DNA of 64,000 nucleotides from Opitutales bacterium. Its GTDB lineage: Bacteria; Verrucomicrobiota; Verrucomicrobiia; Opitutales; JABSRG01. The stretch covers positions 32,001 to 96,000 of the forward strand of contig JBMYOQ010000003.1 in the NCBI GenBank assembly GCA_049599475.1, given 5' to 3'. Positions within the stretch are counted from its first letter, which is position 1. Every line of letters starts with the position of its first letter. Position numbers and translations under genes: made by a program. The notes under the pieces are model-generated. The model was given only the letters and a program-made list of their open reading frames with translations. It did not search any database and was not told the DNA's origin. Positions 49,252 to 60,188 of this stretch are shown here, in pieces.

Positions 49252-50499
49252 CTAGAGGGCCAGTCCCTCTGTCAAACGAGCAGCCTCTTGGACATCCTTA
49301 TCGCCGCGTCCACTGAGGTTACAAATAATAATAGAGTCAGGGCTCATCTCAGCAGCGCGCTTCAGAGTATATGCGATACCATGTGATGACTCCAGCGCGG
49401 GGATAATTCCCTCGGTGCGCGAGAGCTTTTGGAAGGCATCCAGTGCATCCTCATCCGTCGCAAATCCAAACTGAGTACGACCCAAGCTGTGATAATAAGC
49501 GTGCTCGGGGCCAACGGCAGCGTAGTCTAGGCCTGCGGACACCGAGTGCGTGAGTTCGATCTGCCCCTCCTCGTTTTGGAGGATCCATGTCTTAGCACCT
49601 TGGAGCACGCCGAGCTTGCCTCCTGAAAAACGAGCCGCGTGATCTCCCACCTTTTCGACTCCGTGGCCACCCGCTTCAACACCTGTAAGCGTCACAGAGC
49701 TTTCTTCGAGAAACTCATGGAAAAACCCAATCGCATTGGATCCCCCACCCACGCATGCGACCATTTCATCTGGCAAACGCCCCTCGGCTTCCATGATCTG
49801 CGAGCGCGTCTCTTCACCAATAATTCGGTGGAAATCGCGAACAATCATCGGATACGGATGAGACCCCAGCGCTGAGCCAAGAATGTAGTGCGTTTCTTCC
49901 ACATTGGTGACCCAATCCCGCATCGCTTCATTCACAGCTTCCTTGAGAGTCTTTTGTCCCGCTTCAACTCCACGGACTTCCGCTCCACTCAGACGCATAC
50001 GATAAACATTCAGAGCCTGACGACGCATGTCTTCGGCGCCCATGTAGATCACACACTCGAGCCCCATTTTAGCGCACATGGCGGCGGTCGCGATACCGTG
50101 TTGTCCCGCACCCGTCTCCGCGATAATGCGTTTTTTGCCCATGCGCTTAGCTAGCAATGCCTGCCCGAGAGCGTTATTTATCTTATGCGCTCCGGTGTGC
50201 AGCAAATCCTCGCGCTTGAGGTAAATTTTTGCGCCACCACATTGCTCAGTGAGGCGATCTGCGAAGTAAAGTGGAGAGGGTCGCCCGACGAACTGCTTGA
50301 GCAAGTAGCTCAACTCCTCCTGGAAATTTGGATCAGCCTTCGCTTCATAATAGGCCTTCTCCAGGTCGAACAAAGGAGTCATCAAAGTCTCCGGGACATA
50401 CATGCCCCCAAATGGACCGAAATGCCCCCGTTCATCTGGGAGAGCATTTTTGGACTCCCGAGTGATCGGGCTAGGATCTAGAGCTGGCGAAATAGTCAT
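49252..50499 (-). CDS. trpB: Tryptophan synthase beta chain (TrpB1)
   Basis: [49 protein letters not shown]. Confidence 0.97.
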   Translation of the reverse strand: MTISPALDPSPITRESKNALPDERGHFGPFGGMYVPETLMTPLFDLEKAYYEAKADPNFQEELSYLLKQFVGRPSPLYFADRLTEQCGGAKIYLKREDLLHTGAHKINNALGQALLAKRMGKKRIIAETGAGQHGIATAAMCAKMGLECVIYMGAEDMRRQALNVYRMRLSGAEVRGVEAGQKTLKEAVNEAMRDWVTNVEETHYILGSALGSHPYPMIVRDFHRIIGEETRSQIMEAEGRLPDEMVACVGGGSNAIGFFHEFLEESSVTLTGVEAGGHGVEKVGDHAARFSGGKLGVLQGAKTWILQNEEGQIELTHSVSAGLDYAAVGPEHAYYHSLGRTQFGFATDEDALDAFQKLSRTEGIIPALESSHGIAYTLKRAAEMSPDSIIICNLSGRGDKDVQEAARLTEGLAL

Positions 50500-50517
50500 A
50501 GGAAAATAATCAGTACT

Positions 50518-51978
50518 TTAGTAAAGATCGCAACTCAGACGATACTTCACTGAGACCATCGTCAAATCATCATCGTAATGATCTGCTTCAGAAAAACGTG
50601 CGACTTGCTTCAGGAGCGTTTCATTGAGTTCCTTCATGGAGATCTCGGTATTTTCGCGGAGAATATCCGCTAAACGCGCAAAGGAGAACTCCTTCCCGTC
50701 TCGATTCGCGGTTTCCGTAATCCCGTCTGTGTAAAGAAAGAGCTTGTCCCCAGGGTTGAAGGGTACGGTGACGTCTTTCAGAGTCCGGCTAAAAATACGG
50801 TTATCGACCATGCCAAGCGCCATACCCGAAGATTCAATGCGTTCCACAGAGGCTTCCGCATTCAACTGGCTGCGGACCACCAGAGGCAATTCATGTCCAG
50901 CGCGCGCCACCGTCACCGAATTCTCAGCAACATCAATTATCGCGTATACAAAGGTGATGAACATCTCCTTGCGCATTCCTGCAGCCATCAACTCTTTGTT
51001 CATCGCCAATAAAACTTCGGAGGGCGATCCCAGGCTCAATGCGTAGTGCCGCAAGTGAGTCTGCGTGATGGCCATCATCAAGGACCCCGAGATCCCCTTT
51101 CCTGATACGTCCGCGACAGCCACGCCGATGCGATGATCATCGATCTGAAATACGTCGTATAAATCCCCTCCGACCTTCTGCGCTAGGATGTAGGTAGACG
51201 CGATATCGAGCTGTTTGAGGTCAGGATATTCGCTGGGCAGCAACAGTCGCTGAATATTCGCGGCAAGCTCGATATCGACATCGAGTCGATTCTTCTCAAG
51301 CAAGAGGTGGATATTCGCGGCGTTATGGAGCGCCATCCCCGCGTGTTCAGCGATATTTTCTACCAACGAGAAATCAACATCCGTGAACGGTTGGCGGTTG
51401 GCAGGATTCGCGACGCAGAGAACTCCGATCAGCTCATTGCGAAATAAAATGGGGGAAGCGATGATCGAGTGCACCTGTAAGGCCTCATCACTGTGCTGGA
51501 AAATCCGCCGATCCGAAAGAGCGTCGCGGATCAAAACACCTTTCTTAGTCTCCGCCGCCTTCCCTACAATACCTTCGCCGATTGGAAACGACTCTGAGCG
51601 CAAGATGCGTTCGAGGAATTTGGAACGCGTCCCCAAATTTGCCATCTCATCGGAGGGCAGCGGCTTGTGCGGGGGAAATAGACCCTCGATCGCGGCACAA
51701 CGCAGGAGTTTGCCATCAACATTTTCAAAAATCGCAGCGGTCATGGCTCCCGTACTTTTGACGGCAGCATGTGTGATGCGCTCAAACAGTTCCTCGCGGC
51801 GGGTTCCCTCCCCGAGAGCCTCCACCATGTTGTGCATGAACTCGATGACCATCTGCCGCTCCTGTTTGAGCAGGAACGTCTCATCCTGCGCTTCTCTTAA
51901 AGCTTTTTGAGAAGTGAGCCTACGACGGTAAAAAATAAACAGGAACGCGACTGCGACCGCTAGGAGTGTTTCCAGCAT
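50518..51978 (-). CDS. Membrane-anchored GAF + SpoIIE/PP2C phosphatase (RsbU-like)
   Basis: N-terminal TM; GEGIVG..A GAF; VGGDLYD, ADVSGKG, AGH, LYTDG.TE, DDLT. Confidence 0.9.
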   Translation of the reverse strand: MLETLLAVAVAFLFIFYRRRLTSQKALREAQDETFLLKQERQMVIEFMHNMVEALGEGTRREELFERITHAAVKSTGAMTAAIFENVDGKLLRCAAIEGLFPPHKPLPSDEMANLGTRSKFLERILRSESFPIGEGIVGKAAETKKGVLIRDALSDRRIFQHSDEALQVHSIIASPILFRNELIGVLCVANPANRQPFTDVDFSLVENIAEHAGMALHNAANIHLLLEKNRLDVDIELAANIQRLLLPSEYPDLKQLDIASTYILAQKVGGDLYDVFQIDDHRIGVAVADVSGKGISGSLMMAITQTHLRHYALSLGSPSEVLLAMNKELMAAGMRKEMFITFVYAIIDVAENSVTVARAGHELPLVVRSQLNAEASVERIESSGMALGMVDNRIFSRTLKDVTVPFNPGDKLFLYTDGITETANRDGKEFSFARLADILRENTEISMKELNETLLKQVARFSEADHYDDDLTMVSVKYRLSCDLY

Positions 51979-51990
51979 TGAGATATGTGC

Positions 51991-52512
51991 CTATGCACGA
52001 TCCGATGGCTCATCAACCTGATTCTTCAAAAATGCGATGACGTCCTGGAACTTACTCACGTTGCCCTCATCCACGTCACAGAGAGCTTCATGTGCCCTTA
52101 AAATCGTATCCTTGCTACAATTTCGGCCTGTTTCAATGGGTTCGCCTGCTCGTCGGCACTGCAACTCGTCGTAAACCAGCTCCCCGCTTACATCGATTGA
52201 AAGAATATTATCGAGCCCCAGATTGCGGACCAGCTCCAAATGGCGATCTCCGAGCCTCGTTAGCACGATACAATGCCCTTCACCCTTATCTTCCACTTCG
52301 ATAGCCGCACTGGCCAAGATGCCCAGAAAAGTACTATCTACCGTCGTGCAGGAGGAAAAATCGATGACGAAGGTGCTGCGTCCCTTGTCGACCATGTCTG
52401 TGAAGAAATTGGCCAGAGGCTGGGAGTTCATGTAGTCTGCGCGCCCTTTGATTTGCACGATCACAGGGTCTCGATATGCACTGACCAAAAATGTTGTAGC
52501 AGATTCCGCCAT
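51991..52512 (-). CDS. STAS-domain anti-sigma-factor antagonist
   Basis: IDFSSCTTVDSTFLG phospho-Ser motif; C-terminal AHEAL...N..KF.DV extension. Confidence 0.85.
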   Translation of the reverse strand: MAESATTFLVSAYRDPVIVQIKGRADYMNSQPLANFFTDMVDKGRSTFVIDFSSCTTVDSTFLGILASAAIEVEDKGEGHCIVLTRLGDRHLELVRNLGLDNILSIDVSGELVYDELQCRRAGEPIETGRNCSKDTILRAHEALCDVDEGNVSKFQDVIAFLKNQVDEPSDRA

Positions 52513-52536
52513 AGACGGTTCACAGATAGGTGTATG

Positions 52537-52574
52537 AAAAAGCCGGATACTGAAGATTGTCTGAGCTATCCGGC
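52537..52574 (-). terminator. Possible terminator hairpin between the peroxiredoxin and STAS genes
   Basis: GCCGGATA (52542-52549) / TATCCGGC (52567-52574) with a T5 tail on the minus strand; large loop. Confidence 0.35.
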
Positions 52575-52727
52575 GTTAGACCCATAAGTCGTAAGGTATT
52601 TAGAATTCTTTACCGATATTGAGCCGCTTGGTTTACAGCACCGATATTTAATAAATTTGATGCGGTTGAAGAGAATTTCCGAACACCTAAGTTCACAGGA
52701 ATAAATCGAGGGTTCTGCTCCCGAGTA

Positions 52728-53201
52728 CTAGCCCTGTATAGCGGCCTTGATTGCTTCAAAATCAGGCATTTCACGAGGATCATCTGATACCGCAGCGTAT
52801 TTTACAACTCCCTCATTATCAACAACAAAGGCAGAGCGTTTAGCTACACCTTTCAAGCCTTTAAGCTCTTCAAAGAGACAGCCATAGGCCGTAGCGACTT
52901 CCTTATTAAAATCACTCAATAAGGGAAAGTTCAGAGATTCTTTCTCAGCCATCACTTCTAGGGTGAATGGGCTGTCTACACTGATACCGTAAACTTGGGC
53001 GTTTAGGGCGCTGTAGCTGTTCAGAGAGTCACGGACAGTGCATACTTCTTCCATACAGACGCTGGTGAACGCCAAGGGGAAAAATAAGAGCACGACGGAT
53101 TGCTTTCCGTAAGAATCCGAAAGCGTCACCTCCTTGATTCCGGAGGCGTCTTTAGTGGGTAGCGTAAAATCGGGAGCTTTATCACCTATTTGGATGGGCA
53201 T
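52728..53201 (-). CDS. Peroxiredoxin (AhpC/TSA, AhpE-like)
   Basis: GDKAPDFTL, FFPLAFTSVC (PxxxTxxC), GISVDS, LLSDF, RSAFVVD. Confidence 0.9.
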   Translation of the reverse strand: MPIQIGDKAPDFTLPTKDASGIKEVTLSDSYGKQSVVLLFFPLAFTSVCMEEVCTVRDSLNSYSALNAQVYGISVDSPFTLEVMAEKESLNFPLLSDFNKEVATAYGCLFEELKGLKGVAKRSAFVVDNEGVVKYAAVSDDPREMPDFEAIKAAIQG

Positions 53202-53315
53202 GGCAGGATGGGATGGGAGTCAGGGTTCTGGATGATTAACGCTGTAATCTCCGGCTTTTTCAGGAAAAGGCAAATCAAGCTTCAGCGAATTTTTCGTAAA
53301 GATCAAATTTCCGCG

Positions 53316-53852
53316 CTAAAAGGCGTTTTTCCACATCATTGACTCCACCGGGCGCGGGGAGCGCTCGTTGTATTTCGCAGACGATTTTGTGTTGTAAGGC
53401 ACCAGAACCTCTCCTTGAGCACAGAAATAGATAAGCTGTGCAATCGGCATCCCAGGATAAACCCGAACGGGCTGGTGCACGGAAATCTCCAGTGTCCAGT
53501 AATTACAAAAGCCAATATCGCCCTTCCCTGCCGTGGCGTGAATATCAATGCCCAAGCGGCCTACACTAGATTTACCCTCGAGAAACGGGACATGGCGGTG
53601 CGTTTCAGTGTATTCTTGAGTGACTCCAAGATAGGTGCGACCTGGATGTAGGACGTATCCCTCATCGCTCATCTCGAAGTGCTCTACCTCATTGTGCTTC
53701 TTAGCATCCAAGACGGCCGCAGTATAGACCGCTAGATTCGCCCCTAGATGGACGTCGTAGCTATTGGATCCAAGATTGGAGCGGTCGAACGGAGAAATCA
53801 CAATTTCTCCCTGTTCCATAGCCTCCAAAATCGCAGAGTCGCTTAATATCAT
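53316..53852 (-). CDS. dcd: dCTP deaminase
   Basis: MILSD, SYDVHLG, EGKSS.GRLG, GDIGF...WTLE, IAQLIYF. Confidence 0.92.
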   Translation of the reverse strand: MILSDSAILEAMEQGEIVISPFDRSNLGSNSYDVHLGANLAVYTAAVLDAKKHNEVEHFEMSDEGYVLHPGRTYLGVTQEYTETHRHVPFLEGKSSVGRLGIDIHATAGKGDIGFCNYWTLEISVHQPVRVYPGMPIAQLIYFCAQGEVLVPYNTKSSAKYNERSPRPVESMMWKNAF

Positions 53853-53930
53853 AGATATGGCGTATCACTCAGGAGCCAAGAGACAAGCACAAGTCGGCCA
53901 ATACAGCGCTATGGGTCAAAACTTATAGAC

Positions 53931-55271
53931 TCAAGAACGCGTTCTAATATGCGCCATCACCGCTTTTTCAATGCGCCCTCCAGAATAGGACGCCTCTAAG
54001 TGCCGATTGATAGGCTCAGAAAATTCGAGGTCCCAATGTTTAAACAGATTCGCGAGCACTAGCGGAGTCTGCATTAAAGTATGATTTCTCCCGAGACAAA
54101 CATGAGACCCACCCCCAAAGAAGCCGAAGGTTTTGGGGACAAACCGTTGCTTTTCGATAAACCGTTCGGGATTGAAGGTGAGCGGGTCTGGATAAAACTC
54201 TTCCAGGAAGTGCCCCAGATTGTTCAGATGGAGAACGTCGGTGTTTGCAGGCACCTGGTAACCGCCAAATTCAAAGGGCTTAATCGCATACTTGAAAAGT
54301 TGTAACGCACCTGGGCGAATTCTCTGCGTCTCCATAATCACCGCTTTCAGGCGGCTCATACTCTGGAGTTCCATTACATTCTCGCCGTCCCAAGCGTCCA
54401 ATTCTTCGCGCAGCCAATCAATCCAACGCGGCGTGCTATACAGCTCCATAATCGCAAAGTTGATCAGGGCCGCAGTGTTATCCGTCCCAGCGAGTAGGAC
54501 AAAATAGAGATCGTTGATCAAATGGTCGCGCGATACGGAGTCTCCTTCTGCGTCCAACCTGAGCTTAAGGATCTCTGAGTAGTTATCATCGATATCCGTC
54601 GGCGCCTCGAGCCGCTCGTCGACAATCTTTCCGAGCCATTCGAAGGTCTCCTTGCGCAATCTCCGATATTCTTCGCGCTCATAATAAGAGGCCTTGGAAT
54701 CGTCTAAGAAGAGACCTCTCAACATTTGGACCTCCCACCGAGTCATCCTCTGCGTAACATCCTTCGGAATTTCAGCCTGGGCAACCGTTCTGGAGTTTCC
54801 CCAGGTGATCAATTCGGCCCAGAATGGGATAATATCCACCGGCTGCTCGGAGCGACACACCTCATCGATTCCATTCCGAAAAACTTGGTGAAATGCGGGC
54901 ATATGCTTCATCGCCGAAGACATCGTAAATGCCGGCTTCAGGTAAGCGCGCTTTTCCTTGTGGGGATCGCCATCCAGTCCAGTTACGTGATTGGGCCCCA
55001 TTTCCTCGAGAAACGGCGCGTTGGGCTCCGCATAGTTCCAGAGTTCGGGCTTCTGCCAAATGAAATTGTTGGCATCAGGTCCCGCGAGCACGACCCACAT
55101 ACGATTCCTAAAATACGTACGGAAAATCGGGCCACACTGACGATAGCCCTCCAACTGGAAATTCAGGGGATCCTCCCGATAAGCCTGATTACAGGACTCC
55201 TCGGACCCTCCGGGAAGGTACAGAGGCAATTCTTCTACCATTTCCGAAGGGGGTGCTGTGACTTCACTCAT
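53931..55271 (-). CDS. Cytochrome P450
   Basis: I-helix LLAGTDNT, K-helix ETQR, FNPERF, heme motif FGGGSHVCLG. Confidence 0.95.
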   Translation of the reverse strand: MSEVTAPPSEMVEELPLYLPGGSEESCNQAYREDPLNFQLEGYRQCGPIFRTYFRNRMWVVLAGPDANNFIWQKPELWNYAEPNAPFLEEMGPNHVTGLDGDPHKEKRAYLKPAFTMSSAMKHMPAFHQVFRNGIDEVCRSEQPVDIIPFWAELITWGNSRTVAQAEIPKDVTQRMTRWEVQMLRGLFLDDSKASYYEREEYRRLRKETFEWLGKIVDERLEAPTDIDDNYSEILKLRLDAEGDSVSRDHLINDLYFVLLAGTDNTAALINFAIMELYSTPRWIDWLREELDAWDGENVMELQSMSRLKAVIMETQRIRPGALQLFKYAIKPFEFGGYQVPANTDVLHLNNLGHFLEEFYPDPLTFNPERFIEKQRFVPKTFGFFGGGSHVCLGRNHTLMQTPLVLANLFKHWDLEFSEPINRHLEASYSGGRIEKAVMAHIRTRS

Positions 55272-55311
55272 GCACTCGAAGCAGCAGGAGAGATGCCGTA
55301 GCCTCCAAGAA

Positions 55312-56691
55312 CTATCCTCGGCCTATGCGGTATGTCTCGAAACCAATCTTGCGCAATCTGTCGTGATCAAGGAGTCCCCGACCATCGAATACGAATGCCG
55401 GCTTCTGCATACTACGATAAATTTTCACGAAATCGAGATCCTTGAACTCATCCCATTCGGTCAAAACGAGCATGGCGTGTGCACCGTCGAGAGCAGAGTA
55501 AGCATCTTCTGCACACGTGATCTGTGCATTCGAAGATCCACCCTCCTCGTCAGGCTTCTGCCCAACATCCTTGAAAATGCCCTCTGCCTCGACCTTAGGA
55601 TCGTAGATCGCCAGGTGCGCTCGCTCTTCCAATAGGTCCTTACAGATATAGATTGCCGCAGATTCACGGGTATCGTTGGTGTCTTTCTTAAAGGCAAAAC
55701 CGAGCACCGCGATTTTCTTATGCGACACAGTATTAAAGAGCGTCGAAATAATTTTACGGGTGAATCGATGTTTCTGGTAATCGTTCATTGAGACGACTTG
55801 TTCCCAATACGCCGCGACTTCAGGAAGCCCAAAGTGTTCGCAGAGGTATACCAGATTCAAAATATCCTTCTGGAAGCAGCTACCGCCAAAACCAACAGAC
55901 GAGCGTAAGAATTTCGGCCCGATACGTGAGTCTGTTCCAATCGCCTTCGCGACTTCATTCACGTCTGCTTCAGTAGCTTCACAGAGCGCAGAAATGGCAT
56001 TGATTGAAGAAATACGCTGCGCCAAGAATGCATTTGCAGTGAGCTTCGAGAGCTCGGAAGACCAGACGTTTGTCGTCAAAATATTTTCCCGTGGCACCCA
56101 GTGTGCATACACGTCAACCAGCTTCTGGAGTGCTTCTTGACCTGTGGGGGTCTCATCACCACCGATCAATACACGGTCTGGCGCATGCAAGTCTTCAATA
56201 GCAGTGCCCTCCGCCAGGAATTCAGGATTTGAAAGCACCTCAAAATGAATACCTTTCTCATTTACCTCGAGAATGCGTTTGATCGATTCGGCAGTCCGAA
56301 CGGGAAGGGTAGACTTTTCGACTACGATCTTTGGGCCTTGAGCATCTTTCGCAATTTGTCGTGAAACAGCTTCGACAAAGCGCAGGTCCGCGGCCCGGCC
56401 CGCACCTACCCCAAAATTCTTGGTGGGCGTATTGACACTAATAAAGATAATATCCGCATCCTGAATTCCTTTGGTAACATCAGTAGAGAAAAACAGGTTC
56501 TTACCCCGGCGGCTTTCGACGACCTCTTGAAGTCCTGGCTCGTAAACCGGGAGCTCATCAGACATCCAGGCGTCAATTCGCGCCTGATTGATGTCAACAA
56601 CCGTGACTGTGACGTCGTCACATTTTTCTGCGATTACGGCCATTGTGGGTCCTCCCACGTAGCCTGCCCCGATACAGCAAATTTTAGTCAT
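55312..56691 (-). CDS. ugd: UDP-glucose 6-dehydrogenase
   Basis: [65 protein letters not shown]. Confidence 0.96.
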   Translation of the reverse strand: MTKICCIGAGYVGGPTMAVIAEKCDDVTVTVVDINQARIDAWMSDELPVYEPGLQEVVESRRGKNLFFSTDVTKGIQDADIIFISVNTPTKNFGVGAGRAADLRFVEAVSRQIAKDAQGPKIVVEKSTLPVRTAESIKRILEVNEKGIHFEVLSNPEFLAEGTAIEDLHAPDRVLIGGDETPTGQEALQKLVDVYAHWVPRENILTTNVWSSELSKLTANAFLAQRISSINAISALCEATEADVNEVAKAIGTDSRIGPKFLRSSVGFGGSCFQKDILNLVYLCEHFGLPEVAAYWEQVVSMNDYQKHRFTRKIISTLFNTVSHKKIAVLGFAFKKDTNDTRESAAIYICKDLLEERAHLAIYDPKVEAEGIFKDVGQKPDEEGGSSNAQITCAEDAYSALDGAHAMLVLTEWDEFKDLDFVKIYRSMQKPAFVFDGRGLLDHDRLRKIGFETYRIGRG

Positions 56692-56746
56692 TAGAACGCA
56701 AGCAAGCCTCGGTGCGAAAGCATGTCAATAGTCTAGGCGACCAGAC

Positions 56747-56774
56747 AAAAAAAAGCCGACTCCTCAGAGTCGGC
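56747..56774 (-). terminator. Intrinsic terminator of ndk
   Basis: Minus strand GCCGACTC-TGAG-GAGTCGGC followed by T8. Confidence 0.85.
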
Positions 56775-56793
56775 CGAAAATCAAGCGTAACGA

Positions 56794-57192
56794 TTAAGCA
56801 AAAAATCGCTTTATTTCCGCAGCGGCGGACTCCGCCGAATCCGAGGCATGTACGATATTTTTCATCATCGTAGTGCCAAGATCACCACGAATAGTGCCTG
56901 GCGCAGCCTTCGTTGAGTCCGTTGGACCCAGCAAATCGCGGACCTTAGAGATTACGCTGTCACCGGAAAGAATCATTCCGATCACAGGTCGAGAGCTCAT
57001 GAATTCCTCAATCTCTGGGAAAAATGGCTTATCCGCAACGTGAGCGTAGTGCTCGCGGAGAATTTCGGAAGATAGCTGCATCATGCGGCAATCTTCGATC
57101 TCGAATCCTGCCTTTTCAAAGCGGCTGATCACGTCTCCAGCGCATTTTTGCTCCAGACAGTCGGGTTTCAGTAGAACTAGGGTTTTTTCCAT
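56794..57192 (-). CDS. ndk: Nucleoside diphosphate kinase
   Basis: TLVLLKPD, HY.H..KPFF, GPT....A.PGTIRGD, NIVHASD. Confidence 0.97.
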   Translation of the reverse strand: MEKTLVLLKPDCLEQKCAGDVISRFEKAGFEIEDCRMMQLSSEILREHYAHVADKPFFPEIEEFMSSRPVIGMILSGDSVISKVRDLLGPTDSTKAAPGTIRGDLGTTMMKNIVHASDSAESAAAEIKRFFA

Positions 57193-57266
57193 ATCTACGT
57201 TCTCTCATGAAAAATGAGATATTGTAGGGCAAGCTCAAACAGCTCAAACACTCTCTCAAAGTACAT

Positions 57267-57303
57267 AAAAAACGCCTGATCAGCGAACTGAACAGACGTT
57301 TTT
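57267..57303 (-). terminator. Intrinsic terminator of the HU gene
   Basis: Minus strand AACGTCTGTTCAG-TTCG-CTGATCAGGCGTT + T run, imperfect stem. Confidence 0.7.
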
Positions 57304-57323
57304 CAAAAGTATCTAAGGGTAAA

Positions 57324-57599
57324 TTAGACGAGAGACTTGAGACCTGAGCCAGCCTTGAACTTCACAGCCTTGGAAGCCTTGATCTTGATCTTCTCTCCAG
57401 TTTGGGGATTTACGCCGGTGCGAGCAGCGCGCTTTACAACCTCGAAAGTACCGAATCCAATCAATTGGACGCTCTTGTCTTTCTTTACGCCCTTCTTGAT
57501 AGAGTCCAAAACAGCTTCAACTGCACGCTCAGCAGCAGCTTTAGAAGTTTCATCACCCAGGTTTTTTTGCACTTCAGCAACGAGTTCAGCTTTATTCAT
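57324..57599 (-). CDS. hup: DNA-binding protein HU
   Basis: MNKAELV, VQLIGFGTF...RAARTGVNPQTGE.I.I.A....FKAG..LK; ATG at 57599. Confidence 0.96.
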   Translation of the reverse strand: MNKAELVAEVQKNLGDETSKAAAERAVEAVLDSIKKGVKKDKSVQLIGFGTFEVVKRAARTGVNPQTGEKIKIKASKAVKFKAGSGLKSLV

Positions 57600-57946
57600 A
57601 TAATTGTAGTAATATATTGTTAGTGAGAATTGATATAAATCGCCGCTATTCAGAGAATGCACAGCGATTGCGGTCAACTTAATTTGGTAAGTTTTCCTGT
57701 TTTACGAGCTTTTTTACACGATTTATTTCGCTCTATAATTACGATCATAGCCGTTGACAGGAGCCGAAACCTCATTAATAGCGGACTCCAAGAGAGGCAC
57801 ACTCCTCAATCCTGCCTCATAAAAGGGATCAAACAAAACGGCTATTCGCCATTTTCGGTAGAAAAATCTCCCGTGGGAAAGAAATTACATTTCTAATACA
57901 TTTCCGTGCTTGTCGCGAATTGATCTGAGCCTAGCGTCTGTTCGCC

Positions 57947-59008
57947 ATGGAACGCGTATCCGACATCAACGTCATCTCTTCGCAGCAATTAACGGCTCCC
58001 GACGATCTTCGAGCGGGTGATCCCACGACTGAGCAAGAGGCGTCATTCATAGCCAAGTCTAGAAAGACTATACACGATATCACCTTTGGCGATGATCCAC
58101 GCCTACTCGTGGTCGTAGGCCCCTGCTCTATTCACGATCAGGAAGCAGGCCTCGACTACGCACGCCGTTTGAAGGCGCTCGCAGACGAGCTCAAGGACGA
58201 TGTATATATAGTAATGCGCGTCTATTTCGAAAAACCGCGCACCACTGTAGGATGGAAGGGCTTGATTATGGACCCTCAACTCGATGGGACTTGCGACCTC
58301 GAACAAGGATTACGGACCGCGCGATCTTTCCTCAAAAAGGTTATCAGCGTCGGACTCCCGACAGCGACCGAGCTCCTCGATCCAATTACCCCGCAATACA
58401 TTGCCGATTTAATTAGCTGGTCAGCCATTGGTGCCCGAACAACAGAATCTCAGACTCACCGACAGATGGCATCAGGTCTATCCATGCCCGTGGGCTTCAA
58501 GAACGGGACGGATGGCAATGTCACGGTCGCCATAAATGCCATTAAGGCGGCGATTCAATCTCAAACATTTCTCGGGATCAGCACAAACGGTCGCGCTTCA
58601 GCCGTAACCACTGCGGGCAATCCAGATTGTCATCTAATTTTACGTGGAGGCTCCAAGGGCCCCAATTACAGCAGTGAGCATGTGAAGGCTGCTGCCGAGA
58701 GTATCGAGAAGGCAGGATTAAAAACCTCCATCATGGTAGATTGCGCACATGCTAATTCTGCTAAGGATCCCGCCCGTCAACCGATTGTGATGGATGATGT
58801 CTGCGCACAGATCCAAGCCGGCGAGGATTACATTACAGGTGTCATGATTGAGAGCAATATTCACGCAGGAAATCAGAGCTTCCCGCAACCGAAGGAAGAC
58901 TTGAAATATGGAGTCTCTATTACAGATCCATGTATCGACTGGGAAACAACAGAATCCGTTCTGCGCGAAACAGCTAAAGTACTCTCCGAAGCACGGGAGA
59001 CAGCCTAA
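57947..59008 (+). CDS. aroG: DAHP synthase, class I-alpha (AroF/G/H)
   Basis: GPCSIHD, RVYFEKPRTTVGWKG, IGARTTESQTHR, GFKNGT, DC.HANS, GVMIES, SITD.C. Confidence 0.93.
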   Translation: MERVSDINVISSQQLTAPDDLRAGDPTTEQEASFIAKSRKTIHDITFGDDPRLLVVVGPCSIHDQEAGLDYARRLKALADELKDDVYIVMRVYFEKPRTTVGWKGLIMDPQLDGTCDLEQGLRTARSFLKKVISVGLPTATELLDPITPQYIADLISWSAIGARTTESQTHRQMASGLSMPVGFKNGTDGNVTVAINAIKAAIQSQTFLGISTNGRASAVTTAGNPDCHLILRGGSKGPNYSSEHVKAAAESIEKAGLKTSIMVDCAHANSAKDPARQPIVMDDVCAQIQAGEDYITGVMIESNIHAGNQSFPQPKEDLKYGVSITDPCIDWETTESVLRETAKVLSEARETA

Positions 59009-59094
59009 GCTAGAGTCGGTTATTAAAAATTAGCGACTCCAGCTAATTTATTGATCGACTAGAATAAGCACAGCTTCTAGACAGTAAGTCTGCT

Positions 59095-60081
59095 ATGAAA
59101 GAACCAATCCGTATCGCTATTACAGGAGCTGCCGGTCAGATCGGCTACGCACTCTTGTTCCGCATCGCCTCAGGGTCTGTTTTCGGCTCTGACCAACCTG
59201 TTGCCTTGAATCTCATAGAGATCCCACCAGCCCTCGATGCTCTCAAAGGCGTCGTCATGGAGCTGGATGATTGCGCATTCCCTCTTTTGACAGACATTGT
59301 CGCCACAACAGACCTGAACGAAGGCTTTAAAGATGCTGACTGGGCTCTTCTCGTCGGAAGCGTGCCACGCAAAGCTGGCATGGAGCGCGCCGACCTACTC
59401 GGCATAAACGGAAAAATCTTCGTAGGCCAAGGAGAAGCGATCGCAGCGAATGCCAAGCCGAGCGTTCGGACTCTTGTTGTCGGCAACCCGTGCAACACAA
59501 ATGCCTACATAGCGATGAAAAATGCGGCGGGAATCCCCGACAGTCAGTTCTTCGCGATGACACGCCTCGACGAGAACCGCGCGAAAGCACAACTTGCTCA
59601 AAAAGCCGGAGTCCCGGTCTCTGCGGTGAAAAATCTCACAATCTGGGGCAATCACTCTGCAACTCAATACCCGGATTTCTACAACGCCACAATCGAAGGA
59701 AAAGCAGCGGATGCTGTCATCGACGACGAGACCTGGCTCAAAGAGACTTTCATTCCGGTTGTTCAACAGAGAGGTGCCGCCATCATTAAAGCCCGTGGTG
59801 CATCCTCTGCGGCCTCAGCAGCCAATGCGGCTCTCGATACTGTGATGTCTTTGATAAATCCTACACCTGAAGGCGAATGGACTAGTGTTGCCGTCGTCTC
59901 CGATGGAAGCTACGGCACAGTCCCTGGTCTCATGACATCGCTCCCGATTCGCACGACAGATGGCACATCTTGGGAAGTCGTCCAAGGACTCGAAATCAAC
60001 GACTTTAGTCGCGAGAAGATCGACGCATCCGTGAGCGAATTGAAAGAAGAGGCAGACACCGTTGCAAATTTAGCAAACTAA
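59095..60081 (+). CDS. mdh: Malate dehydrogenase (type 2)
   Basis: [57 protein letters not shown]. Confidence 0.97.
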   Translation: MKEPIRIAITGAAGQIGYALLFRIASGSVFGSDQPVALNLIEIPPALDALKGVVMELDDCAFPLLTDIVATTDLNEGFKDADWALLVGSVPRKAGMERADLLGINGKIFVGQGEAIAANAKPSVRTLVVGNPCNTNAYIAMKNAAGIPDSQFFAMTRLDENRAKAQLAQKAGVPVSAVKNLTIWGNHSATQYPDFYNATIEGKAADAVIDDETWLKETFIPVVQQRGAAIIKARGASSAASAANAALDTVMSLINPTPEGEWTSVAVVSDGSYGTVPGLMTSLPIRTTDGTSWEVVQGLEINDFSREKIDASVSELKEEADTVANLAN

Positions 60082-60110
60082 CACCCTCTAAAACGCCCAA
60101 TTTTCAGACA

Positions 60111-60136
60111 AGGCCACCCTTAGGTGGTCTTTTTTT
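60111..60136 (+). terminator. Intrinsic terminator of mdh
   Basis: AGGCCACC-CTTA-GGTGGTCT followed by a T run. Confidence 0.85.
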
Positions 60137-60188
60137 ACGTACAGACAAAATTCTATCTAGATTGTTGGAATCCAGATTTCATTAAGGA

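Noticed and set aside
55312..56691. Eukaryote-like UDP-glucose dehydrogenase as evidence of horizontal transfer
   Set aside because: This subtype is known from many bacteria; nothing local supports a recent transfer.
57232..57260. Tandem AGCTCAAAC x2 upstream of ndk
   Set aside because: Only two 9-bp copies plus a partial; no supportable function.
60165..60181. Sigma54-like promoter TTGGAATCCAGATTTCA upstream of the che operon
   Set aside because: GG-N10 spacing leads to TC rather than the near-invariant GC; too weak to call.
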